Shown here one piece after another: positions 37,147 through 46,831 of a stretch of 64,000 nt of DNA; within the stretch, counting starts at the first letter, position 1, and the number at the start of each line of letters is the position of its first letter. This DNA comes from Roseomonas sp. (GTDB lineage: Bacteria; Pseudomonadota; Alphaproteobacteria; Acetobacterales; Acetobacteraceae): the NCBI GenBank assembly GCA_044341625.1, contig JBIIRI010000001.1:6325-70324 (forward strand), written 5' to 3'. Under the pieces are notes generated by a model that did no database searches, had not been told where the DNA came from, and saw only the letters and a list, made by a program, of their open reading frames with translations. The translations under genes were made by a program, and so were the position numbers.

Positions 37147-37902
37147 ATGACGCTCCTGCATCGCCGCGCCGCCCTGGGGGCAGCCGCCGCCCTGGCCACC
37201 CTCTGGGCCGCGCCGCGCGCTCCGCTGGCCCAAGGCACCACGCCTGGCGTCGCACCTGGCGTGGTGCCCCCGGCCGGTCCGCACCGGCTGCCCGACCTGC
37301 CCTACGCCTTCGATGCGAATGAGGCGGCGGTGGATGCGCGCACCATGGAACTGCATTGGCGCTTCCACCACGGCGCCCAGGTCGCCAACCTGAACAACGC
37401 GATCCGCGAGCACACGGCGCTGCACGACATGCCGCTCGACCGGCTGCTGATGAATCTCGGCCAGGTGCCGGAAGGCGTCCGGACGGCGGTCCGCAACAAT
37501 GGCGGCGGGCATGCCAACCACAGCATGTTCTGGCTGGTGATGGGCGGCCGCGGCGGCGAGCCGGGCGGCGAGCTGGCCCAGGCCATCGCGCAGGATTTCG
37601 GCGACTTCGCGACCTTCCGCACACGCTTCAACGCCGCGGCGAATGGCGTGTTCGGATCCGGCTGGGCCTTCGTCACGGTAAACCAGTCCGGGCGCCTCGC
37701 CATCGTCACGCGGCCCGGGCAGGACAATCCGCTGATGGACGGGCAGCGCGTGCTGCTCGGCAACGATGTCTGGGAACACGCGTATTACCTGCGCTATCAG
37801 AACCGCCGCGCCGAATACACGGCGAATTGGTGGAACGTGCTGGACTGGGCCCGCATCGCGGAGCGCTACGCGGCGGCCAAGGCCGGCACGCTCGGCGTCT
37901 GA
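37147..37902 (+). CDS. sodA: Superoxide dismutase, Mn-type signature, with a Tat-like leader
   Basis: LPDLPY, NNGGGHANH, FGSGW, GQDNPL, DVWEHAYY; leader HRRAALG. Confidence 0.88.
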   Translation: MTLLHRRAALGAAAALATLWAAPRAPLAQGTTPGVAPGVVPPAGPHRLPDLPYAFDANEAAVDARTMELHWRFHHGAQVANLNNAIREHTALHDMPLDRLLMNLGQVPEGVRTAVRNNGGGHANHSMFWLVMGGRGGEPGGELAQAIAQDFGDFATFRTRFNAAANGVFGSGWAFVTVNQSGRLAIVTRPGQDNPLMDGQRVLLGNDVWEHAYYLRYQNRRAEYTANWWNVLDWARIAERYAAAKAGTLGV

Positions 37903-38110
37903 TCCGCCATGCGGATCGCCCGGTGGGCTCTTCGCCTGCCCGCCGGGCCTGTTCGATCCTGGCCCCGGATTGGAAGACCATCACCCGGACCGGGTCGGCG
38001 CTCGGCGCGCCGCGATCCCATGCATGGCGGGCAAGGCGCAGCTGTGGGACACCTATGCCCGCGTCGCCCTGCAGCGCGACGCGCAAGCCGAATGTGATGG
38101 AGACGCTGGC

Positions 38111-38926
38111 ATGAGCTTCGCCCCCCCTGCCCGCCGCGCGGGCGTCATCGCGCGCCCGGATTGCCGCATCGCCTATGAGGTCACGGGCGAAGGCCCGGCC
38201 ATCGTCTTCGCGCATGGGCTCGGCGGCAACCTGATGTCGTGGTGGCAGCAGGTGGCGTATTTCGCCACGCGCTACACCTGTGTCGCCTTTTCCCATCGCG
38301 GCTTCTTCCCCTCCACCGCGCCGGCAGGCGGTGTCGATCCGCGCGAATATGCGGGCGATGTCGCGGCGCTGGTGGATGAGCTCGGCCTTGGGGACATCCG
38401 CTTCGTCGGGCAGTCCATGGGGGGCTGGACGGGCGTTGAATATGCGCTGTCGCGGCCGGGCCGGGTGAAGGCGCTGGTGCTGGCCGGCACCACCGGCACG
38501 CTCGACCCGACGCAATTGCCGGGCGCGGCCCCGGCACCGGACCACGCGGCGGCGCGCGCGGATCTCATCGCACGCGGCATCAACCCGGCGGCGGGCGCGC
38601 GGATGGCGGAAGAACAGCCGGCGCTGCACCACCTGTATAACCACATCTCCAATCTCAATGCGGGGCTGGACCGGGAAGCGGTGCGGAAGGGCATCCACGC
38701 CATGCGCAACCGTCCGCCCGCCAGCTTCGCCGCTGCACGCTGCCCGGTGCTGTTCGTGCCGGGGGCGGAGGATGTGGTGCTGCATGTCCCCGGCGCCGCG
38801 ATGGCCGCCGCGATCCCCGGCGCGCGCTGCGCAACCCTCGCCCGCGCCGGGCATAGCGGCCATTTCGAACGCGCGGCCGCCTTCAACGCGCTGGCAGAGG
38901 CCTTCTTCGAGGAAGTCGGGGCGTAG
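38111..38926 (+). CDS. alpha/beta fold hydrolase
   Basis: FAHGLGG, GQSMGG, GAED, GHSGHFE. Confidence 0.88.
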   Translation: MSFAPPARRAGVIARPDCRIAYEVTGEGPAIVFAHGLGGNLMSWWQQVAYFATRYTCVAFSHRGFFPSTAPAGGVDPREYAGDVAALVDELGLGDIRFVGQSMGGWTGVEYALSRPGRVKALVLAGTTGTLDPTQLPGAAPAPDHAAARADLIARGINPAAGARMAEEQPALHHLYNHISNLNAGLDREAVRKGIHAMRNRPPASFAAARCPVLFVPGAEDVVLHVPGAAMAAAIPGARCATLARAGHSGHFERAAAFNALAEAFFEEVGA

Positions 38927-38932
38927 GACGTT

Positions 38933-38965
38933 CCCCCACAAAGCCGCGGTTCGGCTTTGTGGGGG
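38933..38965. terminator. 14-bp stem hairpin between convergent genes
   Basis: CCCCCACAAAGCCG-CGGTT-CGGCTTTGTGGGGG. Confidence 0.55.
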
Positions 38966-39005
38966 GCCGTCTTGGTGCCGATCCCGGGGCGGCGCCGCGG
39001 CCCGG

Positions 39006-39989
39006 TCAGCTATCCAGGCGCAAGCCCAGATCGCGGATCAGGGGGCGCCACAGCGCATTCTCTCGCGCGACGAAGGCCTGGAACTCGGCGGGCGACTGGG
39101 GGCGGTATTCGATGTCGAGGTCACGCAGCCGCGGCGCGATGGCATCCGACTGCATGGCGCGCTGCATCTCGGCCCCCAGCCGGGCGATGACCGGGGCGGG
39201 GGTGCCCGCCGGCACGCTCATGCCCTGCCAGCCATAGGCGACCGCATCGTGGCCGAGTTCCTTCGCCGTCGGCACGTTGGGCGCCAGGCGGGTGCGTGAT
39301 TCCGTCAGCGCGACAAGGGCGCGCACGCGGCCGTCGCGGATGAAGGGCGTGCCGGTGGCGGTGTCGATCATCACCACATCCACATTCCCCGCCAGCAGGT
39401 CCTGCATCGCCGCCGGGCCGCCGCGATAGGGCACATGGTCCGCCGCCAGGCCGCTGCGGCGCTTCAGCAACTCCATGGCCAGGTGATGCGGCGATGCGAC
39501 CGCCGGCGTGCCATATGTCGGCGCCCGGCTGCGCGAGGCCGCGAGCAGCCCAGCGAAATCCTGCCAGGGGCTGTCCGGCCGCACCACCACATAGAGCGGG
39601 AACAGCCCGATGAAGCCGACACCCGTCAGGTCGCGGTCCGGGTCATAGGGCAGCCGCGCATAGAGCACCGGGTTGTAGGTCAGGATGCCGTTGTCGACAT
39701 GCAGCCACGTGTTGCCATCGGCCGGGCTGCGGGCGACCGCTTCAGAGGCCAGCACCGCGCCGCCGCCCGGCCGGTTCTCCACCACCACATTCTGGCCGAG
39801 GCGCGGCGCCATCTGCCCCGCGATCAGCCGCGCGAAGGTGTCGGAAGGGCCGCCCGGCGGATAGCCGACAAGCCAGCGCATGGGCCGGTCCGGCCAGGCC
39901 GCTGCCCCTTGGGCCAAGGCCGCGCCCGGCAGGGCCCCGAGCCCCACGCCCGCCACAGCGCCCCGCAAGATCCCCCGACGTGCGATCAT
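39006..39989 (-). CDS. Bug/TctC tripartite tricarboxylate transporter substrate-binding protein
   Basis: WPDRPMR..GYPPGG, VENRPGGG, HVPYRGG, YGWQG; Tat leader. Confidence 0.92.
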   Translation of the reverse strand: MIARRGILRGAVAGVGLGALPGAALAQGAAAWPDRPMRWLVGYPPGGPSDTFARLIAGQMAPRLGQNVVVENRPGGGAVLASEAVARSPADGNTWLHVDNGILTYNPVLYARLPYDPDRDLTGVGFIGLFPLYVVVRPDSPWQDFAGLLAASRSRAPTYGTPAVASPHHLAMELLKRRSGLAADHVPYRGGPAAMQDLLAGNVDVVMIDTATGTPFIRDGRVRALVALTESRTRLAPNVPTAKELGHDAVAYGWQGMSVPAGTPAPVIARLGAEMQRAMQSDAIAPRLRDLDIEYRPQSPAEFQAFVARENALWRPLIRDLGLRLDS

Positions 39990-40122
39990 TCCCGTTTTCC
40001 CCCGTCCCTGGCCGCCGCATGTTGCGATGAGCCCGCACGGCGCGCCAGCCATGCCGCCGACGCCGCGCAAACCCCAATGCAGTGTCTTGATCCTGCCACA
40101 TGATCGCATGAGAGTGTCAGGC

Positions 40123-40929
40123 ATGCGCGCATTGGTCGGCATTTCCTGCTGCAACAAGGCCTTCGGGCTGTTCGCCACGCCGAACCACGCGGCGTCCGAC
40201 AGCTACGTTCGCGTCACGCTCGGCCCGGTGGGCGGCGTGCCCGTGCTGCTGCCCGCGGCCGGCGCTGAACTGGCGGCGGACATCCTGCCCCGACTTGATG
40301 GGCTGATCCTCACCGGCAGCCGGTCCAATGTGCATCCCGGCCATTATGACGGCCCCGCCCATGCCGAAGGCACGCCTGAAGACCCGCAGCGCGACGCGAC
40401 GACCCTGCCGCTGATTCGCGCCGCCATCGCGGCGGGGCTGCCGGTTCTGGCGATCTGCCGGGGGTTCCAGGAACTGAACGTCGCCCTTGGCGGCTCGCTG
40501 GACCAGCGTATCCAGGACCTGCCGGGCCGAATGGACCACTCGACGCCGAGCGACCAGAAGCTGCCGAAGGTGCGGATCGGCAAGGCGCATGCGGTGCGTG
40601 TCGCGCCCGATGGCGTGCTGGCCCGCATCTGGGGCGCCGCCGCGCTGCCCTGGCGGGCCGAGGCGGTGGCGGTGAACTCCCTCCACAACCAGGGCATCCA
40701 GAACCTGGCCCCGCGACTGGTGGCGGAGGCCTGGGCGCCCGACGGCACGATCGAGGCCGTGCGCGTGCCGGACGCGCCGGGCTTCGTGCTCGGCGTGCAA
40801 TGGCACCCCGAATATGACTGGGAAACCGACCCGCTGAGCCGCGCCCTGTTCGAGGCCTTCGGGATCGCGGCGGCGGAATGGTCCGCGCGCCGCCACGGCG
40901 CGCCATCCCCGCGACTTGTCGCGGCGTGA
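40123..40929 (+). CDS. gamma-glutamyl-gamma-aminobutyrate hydrolase family (PuuD-like, class I GATase)
   Basis: LTGSRSN, AICRGFQELN, NSLHNQ, VQWHPE. Confidence 0.88.
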   Translation: MRALVGISCCNKAFGLFATPNHAASDSYVRVTLGPVGGVPVLLPAAGAELAADILPRLDGLILTGSRSNVHPGHYDGPAHAEGTPEDPQRDATTLPLIRAAIAAGLPVLAICRGFQELNVALGGSLDQRIQDLPGRMDHSTPSDQKLPKVRIGKAHAVRVAPDGVLARIWGAAALPWRAEAVAVNSLHNQGIQNLAPRLVAEAWAPDGTIEAVRVPDAPGFVLGVQWHPEYDWETDPLSRALFEAFGIAAAEWSARRHGAPSPRLVAA

Positions 40930-41056
40930 GACATTTCGCTCACGGAGAGGCGATTTCTTTCAACTGGCCGCGATCATTCCGCCAAATCGCGGAATTCATG
41001 GCCGCGCACGCATTCGCCTTTTGCATCCGCGACGGCGAACACGCTAAGCTCCACCT

Positions 41057-41168
41057 TGCCGGCCGACTATAGCCGGTGAGCGATCCGGTTCCCCTGCCGG
41101 CTCGCCCGACCATTCCGATCGGAAAATCAAAAGTAGCGCCCGGTCACCCCCCTGGCCGGGCGTTTTTT
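41057..41168 (+). ncRNA. Candidate trans-acting small RNA
   Basis: TTGCAT-N18-TAAGCT promoter upstream, hairpin with a C-rich loop, A-rich linker, intrinsic terminator; ends approximate. Confidence 0.5.
41136..41168 (+). terminator. Rho-independent terminator
   Basis: GCGCCCGGTCA-CCCCCC-TGGCCGGGCGT followed by TTTTT. Confidence 0.85.
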
Positions 41169-41289
41169 GTTGCTCGGCTCTTTTTCGCCCAGCGCAAGAC
41201 ACTGACGAGATGGAAAGTCCCGGTCACGATCTTGCGCGGGCCCATCCACAGGGTATGACAGCAACGCTTCCAGGTTGGGGAACCAGAAA

Positions 41290-41976
41290 ATGTCCGAATT
41301 CGTCATCGCGCCGCCCAAGGTGGCCTACCTGCCCGTCAAGGGCGGCGGCAAGTTTCCGGTGCGCCGCATCTTCTGCGTCGGCCGCAACTACGCCGAGCAC
41401 GCGATCGAGATGGGCTCCGACCCGACGCGCGAGCCGCCCTTCTACTTCGCGAAGCCGGCGGACAGCCTGGTGATCGACGGCGCCGACATGCCCTATCCGG
41501 TCGCCAGCAAGAACCTGCACCATGAGATGGAGCTGGTGGTTGCCATCGGCACCGGCGGCGCGAACATCGCCCAGGCGGATGCGCTGAAGCATGTGTGGGG
41601 TTGGTGCGCCGGCCTCGATATGACGCGCCGCGACCTGCAGAACGAAGCGAAGAAGACCGGCCGCCCGTGGGACATGGGCAAGGGCTTCGACCATTCCGCG
41701 CCGATGGGCCTGCTGGTGAAGCATGACGGGTCCTATGACGGCTCGAAGGGCAAGATCGAGCTCAAGGTCAACGGCGTGGTGAAGCAGGTCTCCGACCTGT
41801 CCAAGCTGATCTGGTCGGTGCCCGAGGTGATCGCGAATCTCTCCGGCCTCGTGCGGCTGGAGCCGGGCGACCTGATCATGACCGGCACGCCCGAGGGCGT
41901 CGCGGCCGTGGTGAAGGGCGATGTCCTCGAAGGCTTCGTCGAGGGCGTGGGCGAGATCCGCACCAAGATCGTCTGA
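41290..41976 (+). CDS. Fumarylacetoacetate hydrolase family (fumarylpyruvate hydrolase-like)
   Basis: [34 protein letters not shown]. Confidence 0.92.
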   Translation: MSEFVIAPPKVAYLPVKGGGKFPVRRIFCVGRNYAEHAIEMGSDPTREPPFYFAKPADSLVIDGADMPYPVASKNLHHEMELVVAIGTGGANIAQADALKHVWGWCAGLDMTRRDLQNEAKKTGRPWDMGKGFDHSAPMGLLVKHDGSYDGSKGKIELKVNGVVKQVSDLSKLIWSVPEVIANLSGLVRLEPGDLIMTGTPEGVAAVVKGDVLEGFVEGVGEIRTKIV

Positions 41977-41984
41977 TCCCACTC

Positions 41985-42857
41985 GTGGCGGCCAGGCCGA
42001 AGACGCAGCAGCCCGCGCCGGCGATCATCGCCGGCACGAAGCCGCTGCGGATCGTGACGTGGAACATCAATTCCGTCCGGCTGCGGCTGCCGCTGCTGGC
42101 GGATCTCGTCGCCGCGCTGGCGCCCGACGTGATCTGCCTGCAGGAGACGAAGTGCCCCGACGAGCACTTCCCGCACGAAGGCATCGCTGCGCTTGGCTTC
42201 GCGCATCGCGCGGTGCGCGGGATGAAGGGCTACAACGGCGTCGCCATCCTCTCGAAGCTGCCGTTCAGCCTGCGTGATGGCCAGGACCCCGATTGGTGCG
42301 GCAAGGGCGATTGCCGACACATCGCCGCCGAGATCGACGCGCCGGGCGGTGCCGTCGAACTGCATGATTTCTACATACCCGCGGGCGGCGACATCGCCGA
42401 CCGCGAGGCCAATCCGAAATTCGCCCACAAGCTGGATTTCGTCGCCGAAGCCACCGCCTGGTCGGCGCGGCGCCATGCGGCGGGCGGCTTCCGGCGCGCG
42501 GTGCTGGTGGGCGACCTGAATATCGCGCCGCTGGAACATGATGTCTGGAGCCATAAGCAACTGCTCGACGTCGTCTCCCACACCCCGGTCGAGACGGCGG
42601 CGCTGGGCGGGATGATGCAGGCGGGCGGCTGGCACGACGCGCTGCGCCACTTCGTGCCGGCGGACCAGAAGCTCTACACGTGGTGGTCCTATCGCGCCGC
42701 GGATTGGCGCGCCTCCGATCGCGGGCGGCGGCTCGACCATGTCTGGGTCTCGCCGGACCTGGTGGGCGGGCTGCGGAGCCATGCCGTGCTGAAGGATGCT
42801 CGCGGGTGGGACAAGGCGTCGGACCACGTGCCGGTGCTGATCGAGATCGCCACCTGA
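41985..42857 (+). CDS. xth: Exodeoxyribonuclease III
   Basis: TWNINSVR, LQETK, YNGVAI, GDLNIAP, RLDH, SDHVPV; start uncertain. Confidence 0.93.
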   Translation: MAARPKTQQPAPAIIAGTKPLRIVTWNINSVRLRLPLLADLVAALAPDVICLQETKCPDEHFPHEGIAALGFAHRAVRGMKGYNGVAILSKLPFSLRDGQDPDWCGKGDCRHIAAEIDAPGGAVELHDFYIPAGGDIADREANPKFAHKLDFVAEATAWSARRHAAGGFRRAVLVGDLNIAPLEHDVWSHKQLLDVVSHTPVETAALGGMMQAGGWHDALRHFVPADQKLYTWWSYRAADWRASDRGRRLDHVWVSPDLVGGLRSHAVLKDARGWDKASDHVPVLIEIAT

Positions 42858-42859
42858 CA

Positions 42860-42892
42860 CCAACGGTCGCTTTCAGCGACTCGTTGGTTTTT
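42860..42892 (+). terminator. Rho-independent terminator after xth
   Basis: CCAACG-GTCGC/TTTCA/GCGAC-TCGTTGG followed by TTTTT. Confidence 0.75.
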
Positions 42893-42986
42893 GATGCCCT
42901 CAGGCGCCGGGCGCGGCCTCCGGCCGCTTGGCTTTCACCGCACTTGCGGCGGCGGCCATTCGGCCGCTCGACCGGCTGCGCCGGTC
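42892..42986 (+). repeat. Dispersed multi-hairpin repeat, copy 2
   Basis: TGATGCCCTCA..CGCCGGGCGCGGCCTCCGGCCGCTTGGCTT is shared with the dpp copies. Confidence 0.75.
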
Positions 42987-43089
42987 GCATGGCTCAGCGA
43001 CTGCAGCCGCTGGCATGACCCGGCGCTGCGCGGGGCTGGCAAGCGCCGCGCGGCAATGCCATGTGACTGCCAGTCCAGGGGGACGGCCA

Positions 43090-44451
43090 TTGGGCTTCGC
43101 GCACACCATCGGCGGCACCCGCCATGTTTTCGCAGACCTCCGCACGCTGCTCGCGCGGGCGTCGCCGGCGCGCTCGGGCGATGCGCTGGCAGGCGTCGCG
43201 GCCGGCAGCGCGGCGGAACGGGTCGCGGCGCAGCGCGCCCTGGCGGATCTGCCGCTGAAGCACTTCCTGACCGAAGCGATGATCCCCTATGAGGCCGATG
43301 AGGTCACGCGGCTGATCATCGACCGCCACGACGCGGCGGCCTTCGCGCCCGTATCCCACCTGACCGTCGGCGGCTTTCGCGACTGGCTGCTGGCGGAGGC
43401 CGACACGTCAGTGCTGACCGCGCTCGCGCCCGGGCTGACGCCGGAAATGGTCGCGGCGGTCAGCAAGATCTGCCGGCTGCAGGACCTCGTCGCGATTGCG
43501 GCGAAGTGCCGCGTCGTCACGCGCTTCCGCAACACGCTCGGCCTGCCGGGGACGCTTGGCATCCGGTTGCAGCCCAACGACCCGGTGGACGACCCGAAGA
43601 GCATCGCGGCGCAGATCCTGGATGGGCTGCTGCTCGGCGCCGGCGATGCGGTGATCGGCATCAATCCCGCGACCGACAATGTGGACAGCCTGCTGCGCCT
43701 GCTCGGCCTGCTCGACGCGCTGCGGGATCGCTTCGCCATCCCGACGCAATCCTGCGTGCTGGCGCATGTGACGACAACGCTGATGGCCATCGAACGCGGC
43801 GCGCCGGTGGATCTGGTGTTCCAGTCGGTCGGCGGGACGGAAGGCGCCAATCGCGGCTTCGGCGTCTCCCTCGCCCTGCTGCGCGAAGCGCGGGAGGCCG
43901 CGCTGGCGCTGAAGCGCGGCACCATTGGCGACAACGTCATGTACTTCGAGACCGGCCAGGGCAGCGCGCTATCCGCCGACGCGCATCACGGCTGCGACCA
44001 GCAGACGCTGGAAGCGCGGGCCTATGCCGTGGCGCGGGACTTCGCACCCCTGCTGGTGAATTCCGTCGTCGGCTTCATCGGCCCGGAATACCTGTTCGAC
44101 GGCAAGCAGATCATGCGCGCGGGACTGGAGGACCATTTCTGCGGCAAGCTGCTCGGCCTGCCGATGGGGGTGGATGTTTGCTACACGAACCATGCGGAAG
44201 CCGACCAGGACGACATGGACGCGCTGCTGACGCTGCTCGGCGTCGCGGGCGTGAACTACGTGATGGGCGTGCCGGGCGCGGATGACGTGATGCTGGCCTA
44301 CCAATCCACATCGTTCCATGACGGGCTCTATGCGCGCGCAGTTCTCGGCAAGCGGCCGGCGCCGGAATTCGCGGAGTGGCTCGCGCGCATGGGCATCGCG
44401 ACCGCGACGCCCGAGATGCTGCCCGGTGCCATGGCCCCGGTCCTCTCATGA
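43090..44451 (+). CDS. eutB: Ethanolamine ammonia-lyase large subunit
   Basis: SGDALAG, RLQPNDP, DAVIGINPA, YFETGQGS, VDVCYTNH; TTG start after GGGGG. Confidence 0.95.
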   Translation: MGFAHTIGGTRHVFADLRTLLARASPARSGDALAGVAAGSAAERVAAQRALADLPLKHFLTEAMIPYEADEVTRLIIDRHDAAAFAPVSHLTVGGFRDWLLAEADTSVLTALAPGLTPEMVAAVSKICRLQDLVAIAAKCRVVTRFRNTLGLPGTLGIRLQPNDPVDDPKSIAAQILDGLLLGAGDAVIGINPATDNVDSLLRLLGLLDALRDRFAIPTQSCVLAHVTTTLMAIERGAPVDLVFQSVGGTEGANRGFGVSLALLREAREAALALKRGTIGDNVMYFETGQGSALSADAHHGCDQQTLEARAYAVARDFAPLLVNSVVGFIGPEYLFDGKQIMRAGLEDHFCGKLLGLPMGVDVCYTNHAEADQDDMDALLTLLGVAGVNYVMGVPGADDVMLAYQSTSFHDGLYARAVLGKRPAPEFAEWLARMGIATATPEMLPGAMAPVLS

Positions 44452-45227
44452 CGGAACCACCGGCGCTTGCCTGGTCCGACCTGCGGCGCTTCACCGCCGC
44501 GCGGGTCGGACTTGGCCGTGCGGGCAATGCGCAGCCGACGGTGGCGCATCTCGATTTCGTGGAAGCGCATGCGCGCGCGCGCGACGCCGTTTGGTCCACG
44601 CTGGATGCCGAGGCGCTGGAGGCCGCGCTGGCCCCTCTCGGCGTCGCGACGGCGCGCGTCGCGAGCGCGGCGGCCGACCGGCGCGACTATCTGCTGCGCC
44701 CCGATCTCGGACGCCGGCTGCGGGCGGAGGATCGTGACAGGCTGGCGGCGACGCCGCATCCCGGCAGCTTCGCCATCGTGCTGGCCGATGGCCTCTGCGC
44801 GACCGGCGTGCAGGCGCAGGCCCCCGCGCTAGTCGCGACGCTACTGCCGGGGCTGCGCGGGGCGGGCTGGGATGTCGCGCCCGTGGTGATCGCGCGCGAA
44901 GCCCGCGTCGCGCTCGGCGACGACATCGCGGAGGCGCTCGGCGCGACGGCGGTCGCGGTGGTGATCGGGGAACGGCCGGGGCTCAGCGCGCTCGACAGCA
45001 TGGGGATCTACCTGACCTGGGCGCCCAAGCGCGGCCGCAGCGATGCGGAGCGAAACTGCATCAGCAATATCCGCCCCGGCGGCCTCGGCACGGCGGAGGC
45101 CGCGCGCAAGCTGCTGTGGCTGGTCGCCGCCGCGCGGCGGCTCGGCGCGACGGGCGTCGCGCTGAAGGATGAGGAACCCGTTGCGCTGGATGCACCGCAA
45201 GCCGCGCCGGCGCTACCTCAGTCGTAG
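44448..45227 (+). CDS. eutC: Ethanolamine ammonia-lyase small subunit
   Basis: TAARVGLGRAG, YLLRPDLGR, IGERPGLS, RNCISNI. Confidence 0.95.
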   Translation: MTEPPALAWSDLRRFTAARVGLGRAGNAQPTVAHLDFVEAHARARDAVWSTLDAEALEAALAPLGVATARVASAAADRRDYLLRPDLGRRLRAEDRDRLAATPHPGSFAIVLADGLCATGVQAQAPALVATLLPGLRGAGWDVAPVVIAREARVALGDDIAEALGATAVAVVIGERPGLSALDSMGIYLTWAPKRGRSDAERNCISNIRPGGLGTAEAARKLLWLVAAARRLGATGVALKDEEPVALDAPQAAPALPQS

Positions 45228-45991
45228 GTGACCATTCGGAGCGCGGCGTCCCGGTCATAGCCCTTCGAGGCCAGCAGAAGCTGGCGCGTATAGGCCTCGC
45301 GCGGGTTTTCCTGGCGCAGCGTGGCGACGTCCATCTCCTCGACCACGACGCCGCGATTCATCACCGCCAGTCGGTCGCACATATGCGCCACAACGGCCAG
45401 GTTGTGGCTGACCAGGATCATCGTCAGCCCCTGCGCGGCGCGCAGCCGGCGCAGCAGGTTCAGGATCTCGGCCTGCACGCTGACATCCAGCGCCGAGGTC
45501 GGCTCATCGAGCAGCAGCACCTTCGGCTCCAGCATCAGCGCGCGCGCGATCGCGACGCGCTGGCGCTGGCCGCCGGATAGCTGGTTCGGGTAGCGGAAGC
45601 GGAAGGCCGGGCCCAGCCCGACATCGGCCAGCACCTTTTCGACCCGCGCGGAGATATCGCCGATGCCGTGGATCTCGAGCGGTTCGGACAGCGCGCGATC
45701 GACGGTATGGCGCGGGTGGAGGGAGGCGTAGGGGTCCTGGAAGACCATCTGCGCGATGCGGGTCAGCCGCCGATCCTGCCCAGCGACATCGAGCCCGGCG
45801 ATGGTGGCGCTGCCGGTCCAGTCGCGGTTGAGCCCCGCCAGCGCGCGCAGCACGGTGGATTTCCCACTGCCGCTTTCGCCGACCACGCCGAAGCTCTCGC
45901 CGGCCGCGACATCGAAGGACACGCCGCGCACGGCCTGAACCGCATCGCGGCCCTTCCCGAAGCTGACGACAAGGTCGCGGACCGAGATCAT
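45218..45991 (-). CDS. Peptide ABC transporter ATP-binding subunit (DppF-like)
   Basis: [27 protein letters not shown]. Confidence 0.92.
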   Translation of the reverse strand: MISVRDLVVSFGKGRDAVQAVRGVSFDVAAGESFGVVGESGSGKSTVLRALAGLNRDWTGSATIAGLDVAGQDRRLTRIAQMVFQDPYASLHPRHTVDRALSEPLEIHGIGDISARVEKVLADVGLGPAFRFRYPNQLSGGQRQRVAIARALMLEPKVLLLDEPTSALDVSVQAEILNLLRRLRAAQGLTMILVSHNLAVVAHMCDRLAVMNRGVVVEEMDVATLRQENPREAYTRQLLLASKGYDRDAALRMVTYD

Positions 45992-45994
45992 GCC

Positions 45995-46831
45995 TCAGCC
46001 CTCCAGCCAGGACGGGTCGCGCTGCAGCGTCGGCAGTTCCGCGCGTTGATCGTCGATGCGCGGCAGGCTGCGGAGCAGGCCGCGTGTGTAGGGATGCGTC
46101 GCATTGGCCAGGTCGCGCGCGGCCCGTTCCTCCACCACCCGGCCCGCATACATCACCAGCACCCGGTCGCAGAAGGACGCGACGAGGTCGAGGTCGTGGC
46201 TGATGAAGATCAGCCCCATGCCGCGCTTGGCCACCAGATCGTCAAGGATCGCCAGCACCTGCATCTGCACGGTGACATCCAGCGCGCTGGTGGGTTCATC
46301 CGCGATCAGCAGGTCGGGCTCCGGCACCAGCATCATCGCGATCATGATGCGCTGGCCCATCCCGCCCGAGACCTCATGCGGATAGAGCCGCATGACGCGT
46401 TCCGGATCGCGGATGCGGACGGCTTCCAGCATCTCGAGCGTCTTGCGCCGCGCGTCCTTGGCGGAAACACCGCCATGGATGCGCGCGGCTTCCGCGATCT
46501 GGTCGCCGACGGTCATCACTGGGTTCAGCGAGTATTTCGGGTCCTGCAACACCAACGAGATGCGCGCGCCGCGGATGCCGCGCAGCGCGCGCGGGGATGC
46601 GGCCAGCAGGTCCGTGCCGTCGAAGGCGAGCTTCCGCGCCTCCAGCCGCGCGCTTGGCGGCAGCAGGCGCATGATGGCGCGGCCCGTCAGCGACTTGCCC
46701 GAGCCGCTTTCGCCGACGATGCCGAGCCGCTCACGCCCCAGCGCGAAGGACACGCCGCGCACGGCGCGGAAGGGGCCGGTGGGCGTGGCGAAGGTGACCC
46801 GCAGGTCCTCGACTTCCAGCAGATGCGTCAC
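45995..46831 (-). CDS. Peptide ABC transporter ATP-binding subunit (DppD-like)
   Basis: [26 protein letters not shown]; GTG start overlapping the dppC stop. Confidence 0.92.
   Translation of the reverse strand: MTHLLEVEDLRVTFATPTGPFRAVRGVSFALGRERLGIVGESGSGKSLTGRAIMRLLPPSARLEARKLAFDGTDLLAASPRALRGIRGARISLVLQDPKYSLNPVMTVGDQIAEAARIHGGVSAKDARRKTLEMLEAVRIRDPERVMRLYPHEVSGGMGQRIMIAMMLVPEPDLLIADEPTSALDVTVQMQVLAILDDLVAKRGMGLIFISHDLDLVASFCDRVLVMYAGRVVEERAARDLANATHPYTRGLLRSLPRIDDQRAELPTLQRDPSWLEG

Noticed and set aside
42858-43089. Cobalamin riboswitch upstream of eutB
   Set aside because: No B12-box or GGGAA/GCCACUG elements; the region is explained by a terminator and the repeat.
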